Shown here in pieces: positions 18,571 through 27,591 of a DNA stretch of 32,000 bases. Each line of letters begins with the position of its first letter. Position 1 is the stretch's first letter. A program made the position numbers and the translations under genes. The DNA comes from Moraxella nasicaprae (GTDB lineage Bacteria; Pseudomonadota; Gammaproteobacteria; Pseudomonadales; Moraxellaceae), in assembly GCF_025643275.1 (NCBI RefSeq), contig NZ_CP089977.1, forward strand, positions 450,001 to 482,000, written 5' to 3'. Under the pieces are notes generated by a model. It was not told where the DNA came from and did no database searches. It saw only the letters and a list, made by a program, of their open reading frames with translations.

Positions 18571-18683
18571 TTGGCACTCCTTTTTGTCTTGATTTTTTTA
18601 GATTATACCGACTTACCCAACAAAAGACCAGCCAAAATTTGAGCGATTTTAGCCAGTCAATCATGCTGTTTGATAATCTTGGG

Positions 18684-18711
18684 TTGGCAATTTATCAATG
18701 TTTGCTATAAT
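18684..18711 (+). promoter_or_regulatory. Candidate sigma70 promoter for yaaA
   Basis: TTGGCA (18684-18689), a 16-nt spacer, then TATAAT (18706-18711), 35 nt upstream of ATG 18747. Confidence 0.55.
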
Positions 18712-18746
18712 AAATCCATCATTAGTCATCAGTTGGAAAATTTATC

Positions 18747-19526
18747 ATGTATTTCTTACTTTCCCCCGCCAAAAATCTCAACGAAAAAGACTCAGTGCCT
18801 GTTTCATTTTCATCATACAGTCAGCCAGAACTGATTGAACAAGCCATCATCTTGATGCAAGCACTCAAACGCTGTGATAGTATTGATTTACAAGAGCTGA
18901 TGCACATCTCTGATAAAATCGCCCAGCTTAATGTCGCTCGCAACCAAGCGTGGAGCTATCCTTTTGGCGATAATGCCAAGCCTGCCGCTTATCTGTTCGA
19001 TGGCGATGTTTATACAGGTTTGGATGCTTATCATCTAAGCAAAGATGAGATGCTATACTTAAATGAACATCTGGGCATTTTGTCAGGCTTGTATGGTTTA
19101 TTAAAGCCACTGGATTTGATGCTGCCTTACCGCCTTGAAATGGGCACAAAGTTTAAAACCCAGCATGCTGACAACCTTTATCAATTTTGGGCAAATACCA
19201 TCACCGACCTCATCAATGCTCGCCTGCGTGCTGGTCAATATGACACTTTGGTCAATTTAGCATCAAGCGAATATTATGGTGCGGTCAATCCAAAACTGAT
19301 TGACGCAACCATCATCACGCCACGCTTTGAAGACCAAAAAAATGGTCAGTACAAAGTCATCAGTTTTTATGCCAAAAAAGCTCGTGGTCTGATGGTTAAT
19401 TATGCCGCCAAGCACGGACTGACCAATCCTGACGACTTGAAAAATTTTGACAGTGAAGGTTATTATTTTTATGCCGATGGCAGTGATGAGACCAACTGGA
19501 TATTTCGCCGTGATGAGCAGTGCTGA
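18747..19526 (+). CDS. yaaA: Peroxide stress protein YaaA (UPF0246/DUF328)
   Basis: This 259-aa ORF has an N-terminus MYFLLSPAKNLN matching the YaaA hallmark (LISPAK). Length is typical, and the GLYGLLKPLDLMLPYRLEM motif is present. Confidence 0.9.
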   Translation: MYFLLSPAKNLNEKDSVPVSFSSYSQPELIEQAIILMQALKRCDSIDLQELMHISDKIAQLNVARNQAWSYPFGDNAKPAAYLFDGDVYTGLDAYHLSKDEMLYLNEHLGILSGLYGLLKPLDLMLPYRLEMGTKFKTQHADNLYQFWANTITDLINARLRAGQYDTLVNLASSEYYGAVNPKLIDATIITPRFEDQKNGQYKVISFYAKKARGLMVNYAAKHGLTNPDDLKNFDSEGYYFYADGSDETNWIFRRDEQC

Positions 19527-20350
19527 TGGCAAGAAAACCGCTTAGACCACCACCTGCCAAAAGCACCCTGTCATCAACACTCAACCACATCGTGCGATGG
19601 CTGATTGGGGTGCTGTTTATTGTGTTTGGCATCACGCTGTCTGTGGTTAATCTGGGGGCGGCAGCATTGTGGCTCATTGCAGGATTGGTGCTGCTGCCAC
19701 CGATGGCAAAATACTTTACCCTATCTTCCGCCAAACTTTATCTTACCAGTCTAAGTTTAATGATGGTAGGCTTGCTGGTGGCGGTGATTGATGGGGTGAA
19801 TAAACAGTCAGACAAAACAGTGCTTGATACCATCCAAGAGCTTGGCACAACGCTACAAACAACAGCACCGCCCAAGAGTAGCCCAAGCAAAACAACCCAA
19901 ACAAGCAATCCTAAAACCAATCACAAAACTCACAAAAATAGCATTCATTGTAGAATTGTCAAAGTATCTGATGGAGATACTGCCACTTGCCTTAGCGATG
20001 ACAAAACCCAGCTTCGCATTCGCCTATGGCAAATTGATGCTCCCGAAAAAGGTCAGCCATTTGGCAATGCCGCCAAACAAGCATTGGCAGAGTTGATTTT
20101 TGACAAACAAGTGATGCTAAACATTAGCAGCACCGATAAATATGGTCGCTATGTTGGCGAGATTTTTGTCGGTCAGCAAAATGTTAATAAGCAGATGGTC
20201 AAAATTGGCATGGCTTGGGCATATCGTGAATACCTAAAAGACGATAACTATCTGCGTTTGGAACAGGATGCCAGACGACAACGCCTTGGATTATGGATTG
20301 ATAAAAATCCTGTTTACCCAAGCGATTTTCGTAAACAAAAGCAAAATTAA
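19526..20350 (+). CDS. Membrane-anchored thermonuclease (staphylococcal-nuclease/SNase fold)
   Basis: The C-terminal domain has SNase motifs (VKVSDGDTATCL, IRLWQIDAPEKGQPFG, KYGRYVGEIF, GMAWAYREY). The N-terminal part has ~3 TM segments and a Pro/Ser/Thr/Lys-rich linker. The start was trimmed from the track GTG at 19520 to ATG 19526, which overlaps the yaaA stop (TGATG). Confidence 0.85.
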   Translation: MARKPLRPPPAKSTLSSTLNHIVRWLIGVLFIVFGITLSVVNLGAAALWLIAGLVLLPPMAKYFTLSSAKLYLTSLSLMMVGLLVAVIDGVNKQSDKTVLDTIQELGTTLQTTAPPKSSPSKTTQTSNPKTNHKTHKNSIHCRIVKVSDGDTATCLSDDKTQLRIRLWQIDAPEKGQPFGNAAKQALAELIFDKQVMLNISSTDKYGRYVGEIFVGQQNVNKQMVKIGMAWAYREYLKDDNYLRLEQDARRQRLGLWIDKNPVYPSDFRKQKQN

Positions 20351-20360
20351 CACCATAACA

Positions 20361-20390
20361 AAAAACACCCTAACTTAGGGTGTTTTCTTT
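20361..20390. terminator. Bidirectional terminator between the nuclease (+) and ftsH (-)
   Basis: The sequence is AAAAACACCCTAA-c-TTAGGGTGTTTT, flanked by an A-run and T-run between convergent genes. Confidence 0.7.
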
Positions 20391-20399
20391 GTTATCCAA

Positions 20400-22289
20400 T
20401 CAGACTGGTAGTGGTGGCGGTAGCTCATTTTGAGGAGCTTGCACCACAGGCACTTCATGCTGATATTCTTTTGGCTCTCTTGGTGTTTCGCCATTCATAA
20501 TTTGCAAGAACTGCTCACGGTCAATGGTCTCCCATTTCATCAATGCTTCGACCATGGCGTGCATCTTATCATGATTCTCATCGATGAGCTGATACGCCAC
20601 ATCGTATTGAGCCTCTAAGATACTTCTGATTTCATCATCAACTTTTTGTTGAGTCGCCTCAGAAATCGTACGAGTGCTTCCACCTAGATAGCCACCATGT
20701 TCTTCGGCTTCATAGACCATCACGCCCATCGCATCAGACATACCATAGCGAGCTACCATAGCACGAGCCATTTTGGTGGCTCTTTCAAAGTCATTGGACG
20801 CACCTGTTGATTTGCGATTAACAAAAATCTCTTCGGCAATACGACCACCGAACAAGATGGACAGCTCATTAAGCATCTTATCTTTATAGTTGCTGACCAT
20901 ATCATCTTCTGGTAACTGCCAAGTCACCCCAAGTGCCCAACCTCTTGGCATGATGGTAACTTTATGGACAGGGTCTGTGCCTGGCAACAAGTGAGCCACC
21001 AATGCATGACCTGCCTCATGATAAGCAGTAGCACGACGCTCTTCCTCTTTTAGTACCATTGACTTTCTTTCAGGCCCCATGTATAGCTTGTCTTTGGCAT
21101 CTTCAAAGTCATTCATGTCCACACTTGTCTTGTTGCGGCGAGCAGCAAATAAAGCCGCCTCATTAACAAGGTTGGCAAGTTGAGCTCCACTAAATCCAGG
21201 TGTACCACGAGCTAAAGCATTCACATCGACACCGATGGTCTGTGGTAGCTTTTTAAGATGTACATTAAGAATTTGCTCACGACCTTTGATGTCAGGCAGA
21301 CCAACTGATACTTGGCGGTCAAAACGACCAGGACGAAGTAGTGCCTTATCCAAGACATCAACACGGTTGGTTGCGGCGATGACGATAACACCATCATTGC
21401 CCTCAAAACCGTCCATTTCAACCAGCAATTGGTTGAGTGTCTGTTCACGCTCATCGTGACCACCGCCCATGCCAGAACCACGATGACGACCAACTGCATC
21501 AATCTCATCAATAAAGATGATGCACGGAGCGTTCTTTTTGGCTTGGTCGAACATGTCACGCACACGGGACGCACCCACACCCACGAACATTTCGACAAAA
21601 TCAGAACCTGAAATGGAGAAAAATGGCACCTTTGCCTCGCCTGCAATGGCTTTGGCAAGCAATGTTTTACCTGTACCAGGAGGCCCTACCATCAGCACCC
21701 CTCTTGGAATGGTTGCACCAAGTCGAGTGAATTTGGCAGGGTCTCTTAGAAAATCAACAATCTCCACCACTTCTTGCTTGGATTCTTCACAGCCAGCCAC
21801 ATCAGCAAAGGTCACTTTGATTTGGTCTTCTGACAGCATTTTGGCTTTTGATTTGCCAAAACTCATTGGGTTGCGACCGCCACCCATGCCAGAACCGGCA
21901 CCACCGCCCATGCCTCGCATGAACAGCCAAAACAGACCAATGATTAGCAAGATTGGAAAAGCTGCAATCAACAACTGCGAGCCTAGACCTTGTTTTTGCG
22001 GTGCTGTGCCTTGCACTTCGACTTGGTGCTTACGAAGCAGTGGCATCAATTCATCATCACTGATGGCAGGACGCACCGTTTCAAAGGATTTTCCATTGAC
22101 TTTCGTGCCTGTAATCTCTTCACCGTCAATGACCACATCTTTGATTTTACCTTCGGCAATTTCGCTGACAAATGCTGAATAATTCATTGAATCAGTTTCA
22201 GCATTCATGCGGTCTAGGTTGCCAAACACAGCAAACAAAATACCGAAAATCACCAGCCACAATAAAGTGGTTTTAATTCTATCACTCAA
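20400..22289 (-). CDS. ftsH: ATP-dependent zinc metalloprotease FtsH
   Basis: This 629-aa ORF has two N-terminal TMs, AAA+ Walker A GPPGTGKT, Walker B IIFIDEID, the SRH, and the zinc motif HEAGHA. The codon at 22289-22287 is TTG, and no in-frame ATG lies upstream of TM1. Confidence 0.97.
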   Translation of the reverse strand: MSDRIKTTLLWLVIFGILFAVFGNLDRMNAETDSMNYSAFVSEIAEGKIKDVVIDGEEITGTKVNGKSFETVRPAISDDELMPLLRKHQVEVQGTAPQKQGLGSQLLIAAFPILLIIGLFWLFMRGMGGGAGSGMGGGRNPMSFGKSKAKMLSEDQIKVTFADVAGCEESKQEVVEIVDFLRDPAKFTRLGATIPRGVLMVGPPGTGKTLLAKAIAGEAKVPFFSISGSDFVEMFVGVGASRVRDMFDQAKKNAPCIIFIDEIDAVGRHRGSGMGGGHDEREQTLNQLLVEMDGFEGNDGVIVIAATNRVDVLDKALLRPGRFDRQVSVGLPDIKGREQILNVHLKKLPQTIGVDVNALARGTPGFSGAQLANLVNEAALFAARRNKTSVDMNDFEDAKDKLYMGPERKSMVLKEEERRATAYHEAGHALVAHLLPGTDPVHKVTIMPRGWALGVTWQLPEDDMVSNYKDKMLNELSILFGGRIAEEIFVNRKSTGASNDFERATKMARAMVARYGMSDAMGVMVYEAEEHGGYLGGSTRTISEATQQKVDDEIRSILEAQYDVAYQLIDENHDKMHAMVEALMKWETIDREQFLQIMNGETPREPKEYQHEVPVVQAPQNELPPPLPV

Positions 22290-22423
22290 ACCTTCTTATC
22301 CTTTAAGCGATACACGCTTATCTGTCGTGGACAATGTCAAATTTAATCTCATCATAGATTAACACAATTTTAGAATAAATAGGGGCAATTTTTTTTACTT
22401 TCAAGTCAATTGATGACTTTGAT

Positions 22424-23056
22424 TTATTTAATTGCCACCCAAAACATCTCTTTGGAGCGTGGACGAGAAGCAGCAGGTTTAATACTTTTAATCTTACTAA
22501 ACTGTTTTTGCATATTGGCTCTAAGTTCTTGCGAGCCTTCGCCCTGAAAAACTTTCATGATTAATGCACCGCCTTCTGGCAACACTTTTAGAGCAAAATC
22601 CACCGCAAGCTCACACAAATACATCATTCGTGGCTGATCAACCGCTGACATACCAGAGGTATTGGGTGCCATGTCTGACAACACCACATCGACCCTGCGA
22701 CCACCCACCTCGTCCATGATTTGATTAAACACCTCTTCTTCTCGAAAATCCCCTTGGATAAAGGTAACATTTTCCAGCGTATCCATTGGCAAAATATCAG
22801 AAGCAATGAGCGTGCCAGTATCGCCAACCAGCTTGCCCGCCACTTGCGACCAACTACCTGGTGCAGAACCCAAATCCACAACCGTCATGCCTTTTTTAAT
22901 CAAGCCTGTTTTTTCGTTGATTTCTAGCAGCTTATAAGCCGCTCTGGCACGATAACCCTCTTTTTGGGCTTTTTGGACATAAAAGTCATCGATATGTTCT
23001 TTCATCCAAGCACGGCTGGATTTGGAAAATTTTTTATTTTTAATGCGAGTTGCCAT
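22424..23056 (-). CDS. rlmE: 23S rRNA (uridine2552-2'-O)-methyltransferase RlmE (FtsJ)
   Basis: This 210-aa ORF has the motifs SRAWMKEH, YRARAAYKL, SAM-binding VVDLGSAPGSWSQV, and VVLSDMAPN. It sits directly upstream of ftsH, as in the conserved rlmE-ftsH operon. Confidence 0.95.
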   Translation of the reverse strand: MATRIKNKKFSKSSRAWMKEHIDDFYVQKAQKEGYRARAAYKLLEINEKTGLIKKGMTVVDLGSAPGSWSQVAGKLVGDTGTLIASDILPMDTLENVTFIQGDFREEEVFNQIMDEVGGRRVDVVLSDMAPNTSGMSAVDQPRMMYLCELAVDFALKVLPEGGALIMKVFQGEGSQELRANMQKQFSKIKSIKPAASRPRSKEMFWVAIK

Positions 23057-23192
23057 TGTGTTGATTTCTCTATCATTTGTTTAATCGATTAGTTTACCAT
23101 TATTAACGACATTTTTGTAAAAATTCTGCTATAATAAAGGAGATATATGACAAATTTTTGTCCACTTTTCCAATCATTCATCTGGATATTTC

Positions 23193-23510
23193 ATGAGCAA
23201 AAAAATAAAAATGCAAGACATTAAGGCGTTGCGTGGTATTGGTCATCGCCTAAATCCCATCGTTACTGTTGGTGCTAATGGTCTTAGCCCAACTTTACTT
23301 GAAGAGGTTTCTCGTGCCCTACACGACCACGAACTCATCAAGATTAAAATCCCAGCAGGTTCTAGCGAAGAACGCAAAGAATGTGCCGATGCCATCGCCC
23401 AAGCCACCGATTCTCAGGTCATTCATCACATTGGGCGTATGGTGCTATTGCTAAAAACCAACCCAGATGCCAACGACAAATTATCTAATTTGAGTCGTTT
23501 TGGTTTTTAA
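23193..23510 (+). CDS. yhbY: CRM-domain RNA-binding protein YhbY
   Basis: This 105-aa ORF aligns by eye to E. coli YhbY (LRGIGHRLNPIVTVGANGLS, HELIKIKI). It is divergent from rlmE, as in E. coli. Confidence 0.9.
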   Translation: MSKKIKMQDIKALRGIGHRLNPIVTVGANGLSPTLLEEVSRALHDHELIKIKIPAGSSEERKECADAIAQATDSQVIHHIGRMVLLLKTNPDANDKLSNLSRFGF

Positions 23511-23524
23511 GATTTTTCATGCCC

Positions 23525-23552
23525 AAAAGCCGTCTTTGTGCGGCTTTTTATT
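23525..23552 (+). terminator. Rho-independent terminator of yhbY
   Basis: The sequence is AAAAGCCG-tctttgtg-CGGCTTTTTATT, starting 15 nt after the yhbY stop. It lies inside the first codons of track ORF 23519, which argues that the ORF starts later. Confidence 0.7.
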
Positions 23553-23560
23553 GGATTGAA

Positions 23561-24109
23561 ATGATGCTGATTAAACTAACTCCGCATTTAAACTTAACAA
23601 ATCTACCCATCGTACAGACCAACATCACACATCAAGACAATCAGCTGTTGGTGTCATTTTGCATTCATCATCACGGTCTTGATTTACCCAAGTTTGATGA
23701 ACGACAAAATCATAGGGCGGATTTTTTATGGGAAGAAAATTGCCTAGAACTGTTTTTATCAGATGAGCGTTTATCGCCCAGCTATGTTGAAATCAATCTA
23801 AGCCCTGATGGTCGCTATGCCATCTATCAGCTCGATGGTTATCGCACCCCAAGCACCTTGCCGCCGCCATCTACGGACAAGCTACAAGTCATCTGGAAAA
23901 ATATTCAACAAAATCAATTACTTAATAATGGATTGATGATGGATAATTATGAGGTCGTGATAACTTTACCTGATGGCTTTTATCCCCATCATCTCAATCC
24001 AACCGCCATTTTATACATCGATGGACAGCCCATCTATTATGCCCATCAGCACGCCACACCAGCTGATTTTCATCAGGCTGACTGCTGGGTAAATTTGCAA
24101 AACCATTAA
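23561..24109 (+). CDS. Hypothetical protein, possibly a CBM9/DOMON-like fold
   Basis: The ORF was trimmed to ATG 23561 (MMLIKLTPHL...), downstream of the yhbY terminator. The segment LWEENCLELFLSD...YVEINLSPDGRYAIYQ resembles the D-x-VE-x-F...Y-x-E-x-x-x-x-P-x-G pattern of CBM9-like domains (from memory, weak). No signal peptide is seen. Confidence 0.5.
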   Translation: MMLIKLTPHLNLTNLPIVQTNITHQDNQLLVSFCIHHHGLDLPKFDERQNHRADFLWEENCLELFLSDERLSPSYVEINLSPDGRYAIYQLDGYRTPSTLPPPSTDKLQVIWKNIQQNQLLNNGLMMDNYEVVITLPDGFYPHHLNPTAILYIDGQPIYYAHQHATPADFHQADCWVNLQNH

Positions 24110-24117
24110 GGAATCTT

Positions 24118-24561
24118 TTGATGATAAAAAAATTCATACCAGTTACACTACTTACTATCTCTGCATTAACCAGCAATCTGGCAATGGCAAACTGGCACAA
24201 CATTCCAAAAGTGCAATACCTCATGCAAAATCTTGACGATAGAGACAGTATTGTTACTAATTATGCCAATGAAGCCTTACTTGAATCCATCAATGACTCT
24301 CTTCAATACTCAGAAGGTGGTATTTGCAGTCCTTGGGATATGCTTGGTGGGGTTGATTTTGATGCAGATGCGGTCAGTTCATCAGTGGAGTTTAGTATTA
24401 CTGATGAGGGCTGGGTGCGTGCCGACTATCAGGCATTTTATGATTCAGATTATAGCACCAACTATTTTGCATTTGATGATAATGACTTGATTAACGACAT
24501 TTATGATGCAGATGGATACTCATTTAGGGTATCAGTGCATGAATGTATTGAAAATCTTTAA
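24118..24561 (+). CDS. Small secreted acidic protein of unknown function
   Basis: This is a 147-aa ORF with an AAGGAA RBS 7 nt upstream. The Sec signal peptide is MMIKKFIPVTLLTISALTSNLAMA. The mature part is very Asp/Glu-rich with 2 Cys. I recognise no family. Confidence 0.65.
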   Translation: MMIKKFIPVTLLTISALTSNLAMANWHNIPKVQYLMQNLDDRDSIVTNYANEALLESINDSLQYSEGGICSPWDMLGGVDFDADAVSSSVEFSITDEGWVRADYQAFYDSDYSTNYFAFDDNDLINDIYDADGYSFRVSVHECIENL

Positions 24562-24585
24562 TCAGCCAAACCAACACCACAAAAC

Positions 24586-24617
24586 AAAAAACCAGACCGT
24601 CAAGTCTGGTTTTTTTA
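24586..24617. terminator. Bidirectional terminator between the acidic protein (+) and the CHAP-like gene (-)
   Basis: The sequence is AAAAAACCAGAC-cgtcaa-GTCTGGTTTTTTT between convergent genes. Confidence 0.8.
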
Positions 24618-24626
24618 TTGATGCAC

Positions 24627-25304
24627 TTATTTGTCGTTCATCGCTAGATAAGTACCTTTGTTAGCAGAAGCATCTAAATAACGAGCATCACGCCATACAC
24701 TATACCCATTATGCTGGGTATATGGGCTAAACTTTGGCTGACGAAAATCAGAAACCCACTGATTACCATCATAAATCTGAATATGACCATGTGGATTTTT
24801 TGCAGAACGGTTAAATACCGCCACATCGCCCACCTGTGGTACATAATTATTGTTGCTGATTTTTACAAAGCCAGCATTGGCAAGCGTACCATTGGCATAC
24901 ATATAGGCAGATGGTTGAGGGGTAAATTCATAGCCAGCAGCTTGTAAGGCACGGCGTACATACAAAGCACAGCGACCTTGTGATTTGCCGTGTGCAGCAC
25001 GAGCAGCTAAGTTGGCAGCAACACTTGGGGCACTATTGCCTGTCAGTTGGGCAACGATACCAGATGATGATACAAAGTTGCTGCTAAATTGATTATTTGC
25101 AGAAGCAAAATTAGAACTGTGATTGATTTGAGAAGATTTTGTTGCACGGTTGTTTTGACTAATCAATTGATTGATTGTACTATCAATATCATTATCAACA
25201 ATTGTGGCAACATAATCTGAGCTATTTGAATACGCACTTTGTGATGCACCTAATTGTGCAACGGTCAATCCAGCGACTGACATCAGCCAAAATACTCGTT
25301 TCAT
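24627..25304 (-). CDS. Secreted CHAP/NlpC-P60-superfamily cysteine peptidase (putative peptidoglycan hydrolase)
   Basis: This is a 225-aa ORF with a GAGGAA RBS and signal peptide MKRVFWLMSVAGLTVAQLGASQSAYS, followed by a Ser/Asn/Gln-rich linker. The C-terminal domain has a Cys motif (GRCALYVRRALQAAGY) and a His motif (GDVAVF...NPHGHIQIYDGNQWVSDF), typical of papain-like amidases. Confidence 0.75.
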   Translation of the reverse strand: MKRVFWLMSVAGLTVAQLGASQSAYSNSSDYVATIVDNDIDSTINQLISQNNRATKSSQINHSSNFASANNQFSSNFVSSSGIVAQLTGNSAPSVAANLAARAAHGKSQGRCALYVRRALQAAGYEFTPQPSAYMYANGTLANAGFVKISNNNYVPQVGDVAVFNRSAKNPHGHIQIYDGNQWVSDFRQPKFSPYTQHNGYSVWRDARYLDASANKGTYLAMNDK

Positions 25305-25522
25305 TTAGTTTCCTCGCACTCATAAAACCTCAACCGCAAAAGCCCCGTTGTGTCTTACTCGTGTCTGTATGGGTTGTTTTGTTTAAAGCTTGTGGACGCA
25401 ACACACACTCCCTAGTGTGCTAGAAAAATCTCATCAAACATAACATTTTTCTCATTAGGCGTGATACACTTGCTCTGCGGACACCATGTCCATAGATTCT
25501 TTTCTTTTTATTAAGGTGAGAT

Positions 25523-26032
25523 ATGTCCAATTCCACAAAAACCCACAATGCTTTGGCGGTCTTTCAACAGCCTAATCATCTTGCCAGCGAAGCAGAAAAA
25601 AAAGCGGTCGGTGCTCACATTCCCAGACACATTACACAAAAGTATGAACTTTTGCAAAAACGCACACAGCAGGTTCGTCAAGCATTGACTGGCATTTTGC
25701 CAGAATCTTTGCTACTCGACTGCCATGTGGTCAATGTCTCAGAAACCGAGCTTACCGTGTCGCTTACTTCGCCAACAGCGGTCAATCATCTGCGTTATGT
25801 GATAATGAATTGTGTTCAAGCTTTGCACGCATATGATTTGTGTTTTTGTCAATTACAGCACATCAAGGTCATTTTAGCCCCTGACACACCCAAACTGGAC
25901 GCTCGCCAAAATCATTCAAAAAGAATCCTAAGCGAAAACACGAAGCGGATTATAGCAGACTCTGCACGCTTTGTCACGAACGACAGCCCCTTACAACAGG
26001 CTTTGTTACGACTTGCCAGCAACAATGATTGA
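25523..26032 (+). CDS. dciA: DUF721-family protein, likely DciA (replicative helicase loader/operator)
   Basis: This is a 169-aa ORF with an AAGGTGAG RBS. The segment LPESLLLDCHVVNVSETELTVSLTSPTAVNHLRYVIMNCVQAL...IKVILAP matches the DUF721 pattern as I remember it (LP..l...c.v.n...g.L.l...s...a..LRy....l...L......I...v.P). Confidence 0.6.
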   Translation: MSNSTKTHNALAVFQQPNHLASEAEKKAVGAHIPRHITQKYELLQKRTQQVRQALTGILPESLLLDCHVVNVSETELTVSLTSPTAVNHLRYVIMNCVQALHAYDLCFCQLQHIKVILAPDTPKLDARQNHSKRILSENTKRIIADSARFVTNDSPLQQALLRLASNND

Positions 26033-26326
26033 TTTTCAGCCAATAGTAACTACATAAAATTTTTAATTATTCTACATCAATAGATTTGTAATCAGTTTAT
26101 GGTTGTTTTGTAAAGTTTTGTAAACATCAAAACATACGCAAACCTGTTTTCATGCTGATTCTATCAGGCAAAATAAGTAGTTATTTATATAAAAATTATT
26201 TTAAAATCAATAAGTTATATATAAATTCTCAATCAAATTGTCCAAATGACGATAAAATTCTGTATGATTTTTAAACAAAATCAGTACACGAATGTATATT
26301 ACTAATTTTTTGCTTAATAATAAAGT

Positions 26327-26356
26327 AAAGGCAGACTCCATAAAGAATCTGCCTTT
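26327..26356 (-). terminator. Rho-independent terminator of lpxC
   Basis: A 9-bp stem AAAGGCAGA (26327-26335) / TCTGCCTTT (26348-26356) has a 12-nt loop, 17 nt past the lpxC stop. On the minus strand it is followed by ACUUUAUUAUU. Confidence 0.6.
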
Positions 26357-26372
26357 ATTAGCCATCAAAATC

Positions 26373-27275
26373 CTAAGCATCGACATAGACAATGGGGCAG
26401 GATTCTTTGTCATAAAATGTTACAATTTGATAACAATTTTCATCGGCAAGCACGGCACGAATCAGTGCATTATTCACAGCGTGTCCTGATTTATAAGCAG
26501 AGAATTTTGCCAAGAAAGGGTGTCCAATGACATACAAGTCCCCTACCGCATCAAGCATCTTATGACGCACAAACTCATTAGGATAACGCAGTCCTTCGGC
26601 ATTAACCACCGAAGTCTCATCAAGCACCACAGCATTCTCCAAACTGCCACCCAATGCCAAATTATGCCTTCTTAGCTCTTCTAGGTCTTTTAGGAAGCCA
26701 AAAGTTCTGGCACGACCGACCTCTTTGGCAAAATTGGCAGTATTAAAATCAAGGCGAGTCTTTTGGTCTGTTGCCGCAATGGCAGCATGACTAAAATCAA
26801 TCTCAAAATCCATCAAAAAGCCATCATCATAAGGTTCTAATTTTGCCCATTTATCGCCATCACGCACCTCGACTGGCTTGATGATTTTGATGAATTTTTT
26901 AAGAGCGTCCTGCTCCACAATGCCCGCTTGGTCAATCAACACCAAAAACGGTGCAGCACTGCCGTCCATGATTGGAATCTCAGCAGAATCCACCTGAATG
27001 CGTAAATTATCCAAGCCATAAGCAGCAACCGCTGATAACAAATGCTCAATCGTGCCAACTTTGGCATCGCCAGAGATGAGATTGGACGACATCAAAGTAT
27101 CATGAATCGCCAATGCATTCATCGGGATATCCACACCCAAATCGGTGCGTTCAAACACGATGCCAGTATCAGCGTCCGCAGGGGCGAGCGTCAAAGTCAC
27201 TTTTTGACCACTATGAATACCGATGCCTGTCGCTGTGATGGGCTGAGCAAGGGTTCGCTGATATAATTTTGTCAT
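26373..27275 (-). CDS. lpxC: UDP-3-O-acyl-N-acetylglucosamine deacetylase
   Basis: The N-terminus MTKLYQRTLAQPITATGIGIHSGQKVTLTLAPA parallels E. coli LpxC [31 protein letters not shown]. The HKMLDAVGDLY and SGHAVNN motifs are present. The start was trimmed from the track TTG at 27287 to ATG 27275. Confidence 0.95.
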   Translation of the reverse strand: MTKLYQRTLAQPITATGIGIHSGQKVTLTLAPADADTGIVFERTDLGVDIPMNALAIHDTLMSSNLISGDAKVGTIEHLLSAVAAYGLDNLRIQVDSAEIPIMDGSAAPFLVLIDQAGIVEQDALKKFIKIIKPVEVRDGDKWAKLEPYDDGFLMDFEIDFSHAAIAATDQKTRLDFNTANFAKEVGRARTFGFLKDLEELRRHNLALGGSLENAVVLDETSVVNAEGLRYPNEFVRHKMLDAVGDLYVIGHPFLAKFSAYKSGHAVNNALIRAVLADENCYQIVTFYDKESCPIVYVDA

Positions 27276-27591
27276 GATGATACTCAAATACTAGATAAGG
27301 GCATTGCCCAAATTATTACAAAATATGTCAGAATAGTTTACCATTTTTGGCAATCTTTGTCATCATATCTAACCACAGCTTTTCTAATAGTTGTGTGTTG
27401 TTTTATTGATGATTTGTGAATTTTTGATGGAAAAATCGCCTCTTTTTTCTTATTTTGATGATAATTTTTAACATAAACACAACAAAAAGTAAGAATTGGT
27501 CTTGCTTTTTGTTTCTTTTGTTCATTATAATTGATGGGTAATTTTCCTGCCAACTTTGGCATTTTTACCATCAACCGATAAGGAACATCAA

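Noticed and set aside
21517-22182. 221-aa ORF antisense to ftsH, plus other antisense ORFs inside ftsH, ileS (for example 5964-6335, 6175-6519, 7349-7768), the OmpA-domain gene, the permease and the plsC-like gene
   Set aside because: All lie fully inside strongly supported conserved genes on the opposite strand or in other frames. They have Pro/Ser/Ala/Arg-rich compositions typical of shadow ORFs, with no motifs.
23137-23224. 25-codon upstream ORF (MTNFCPLFQSFIWIFHEQKNKNARH) with a strong AAGGAG 4 nt before its ATG at 23147, overlapping the yhbY start
   Set aside because: The AAGGAG sits just downstream of the best -10 candidate (TATAAT 23130-23135), so it would probably lie at or just upstream of the transcription start site. 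The spacing is short and there is no conservation evidence. It might still be worth a glance in ribosome-profiling data.
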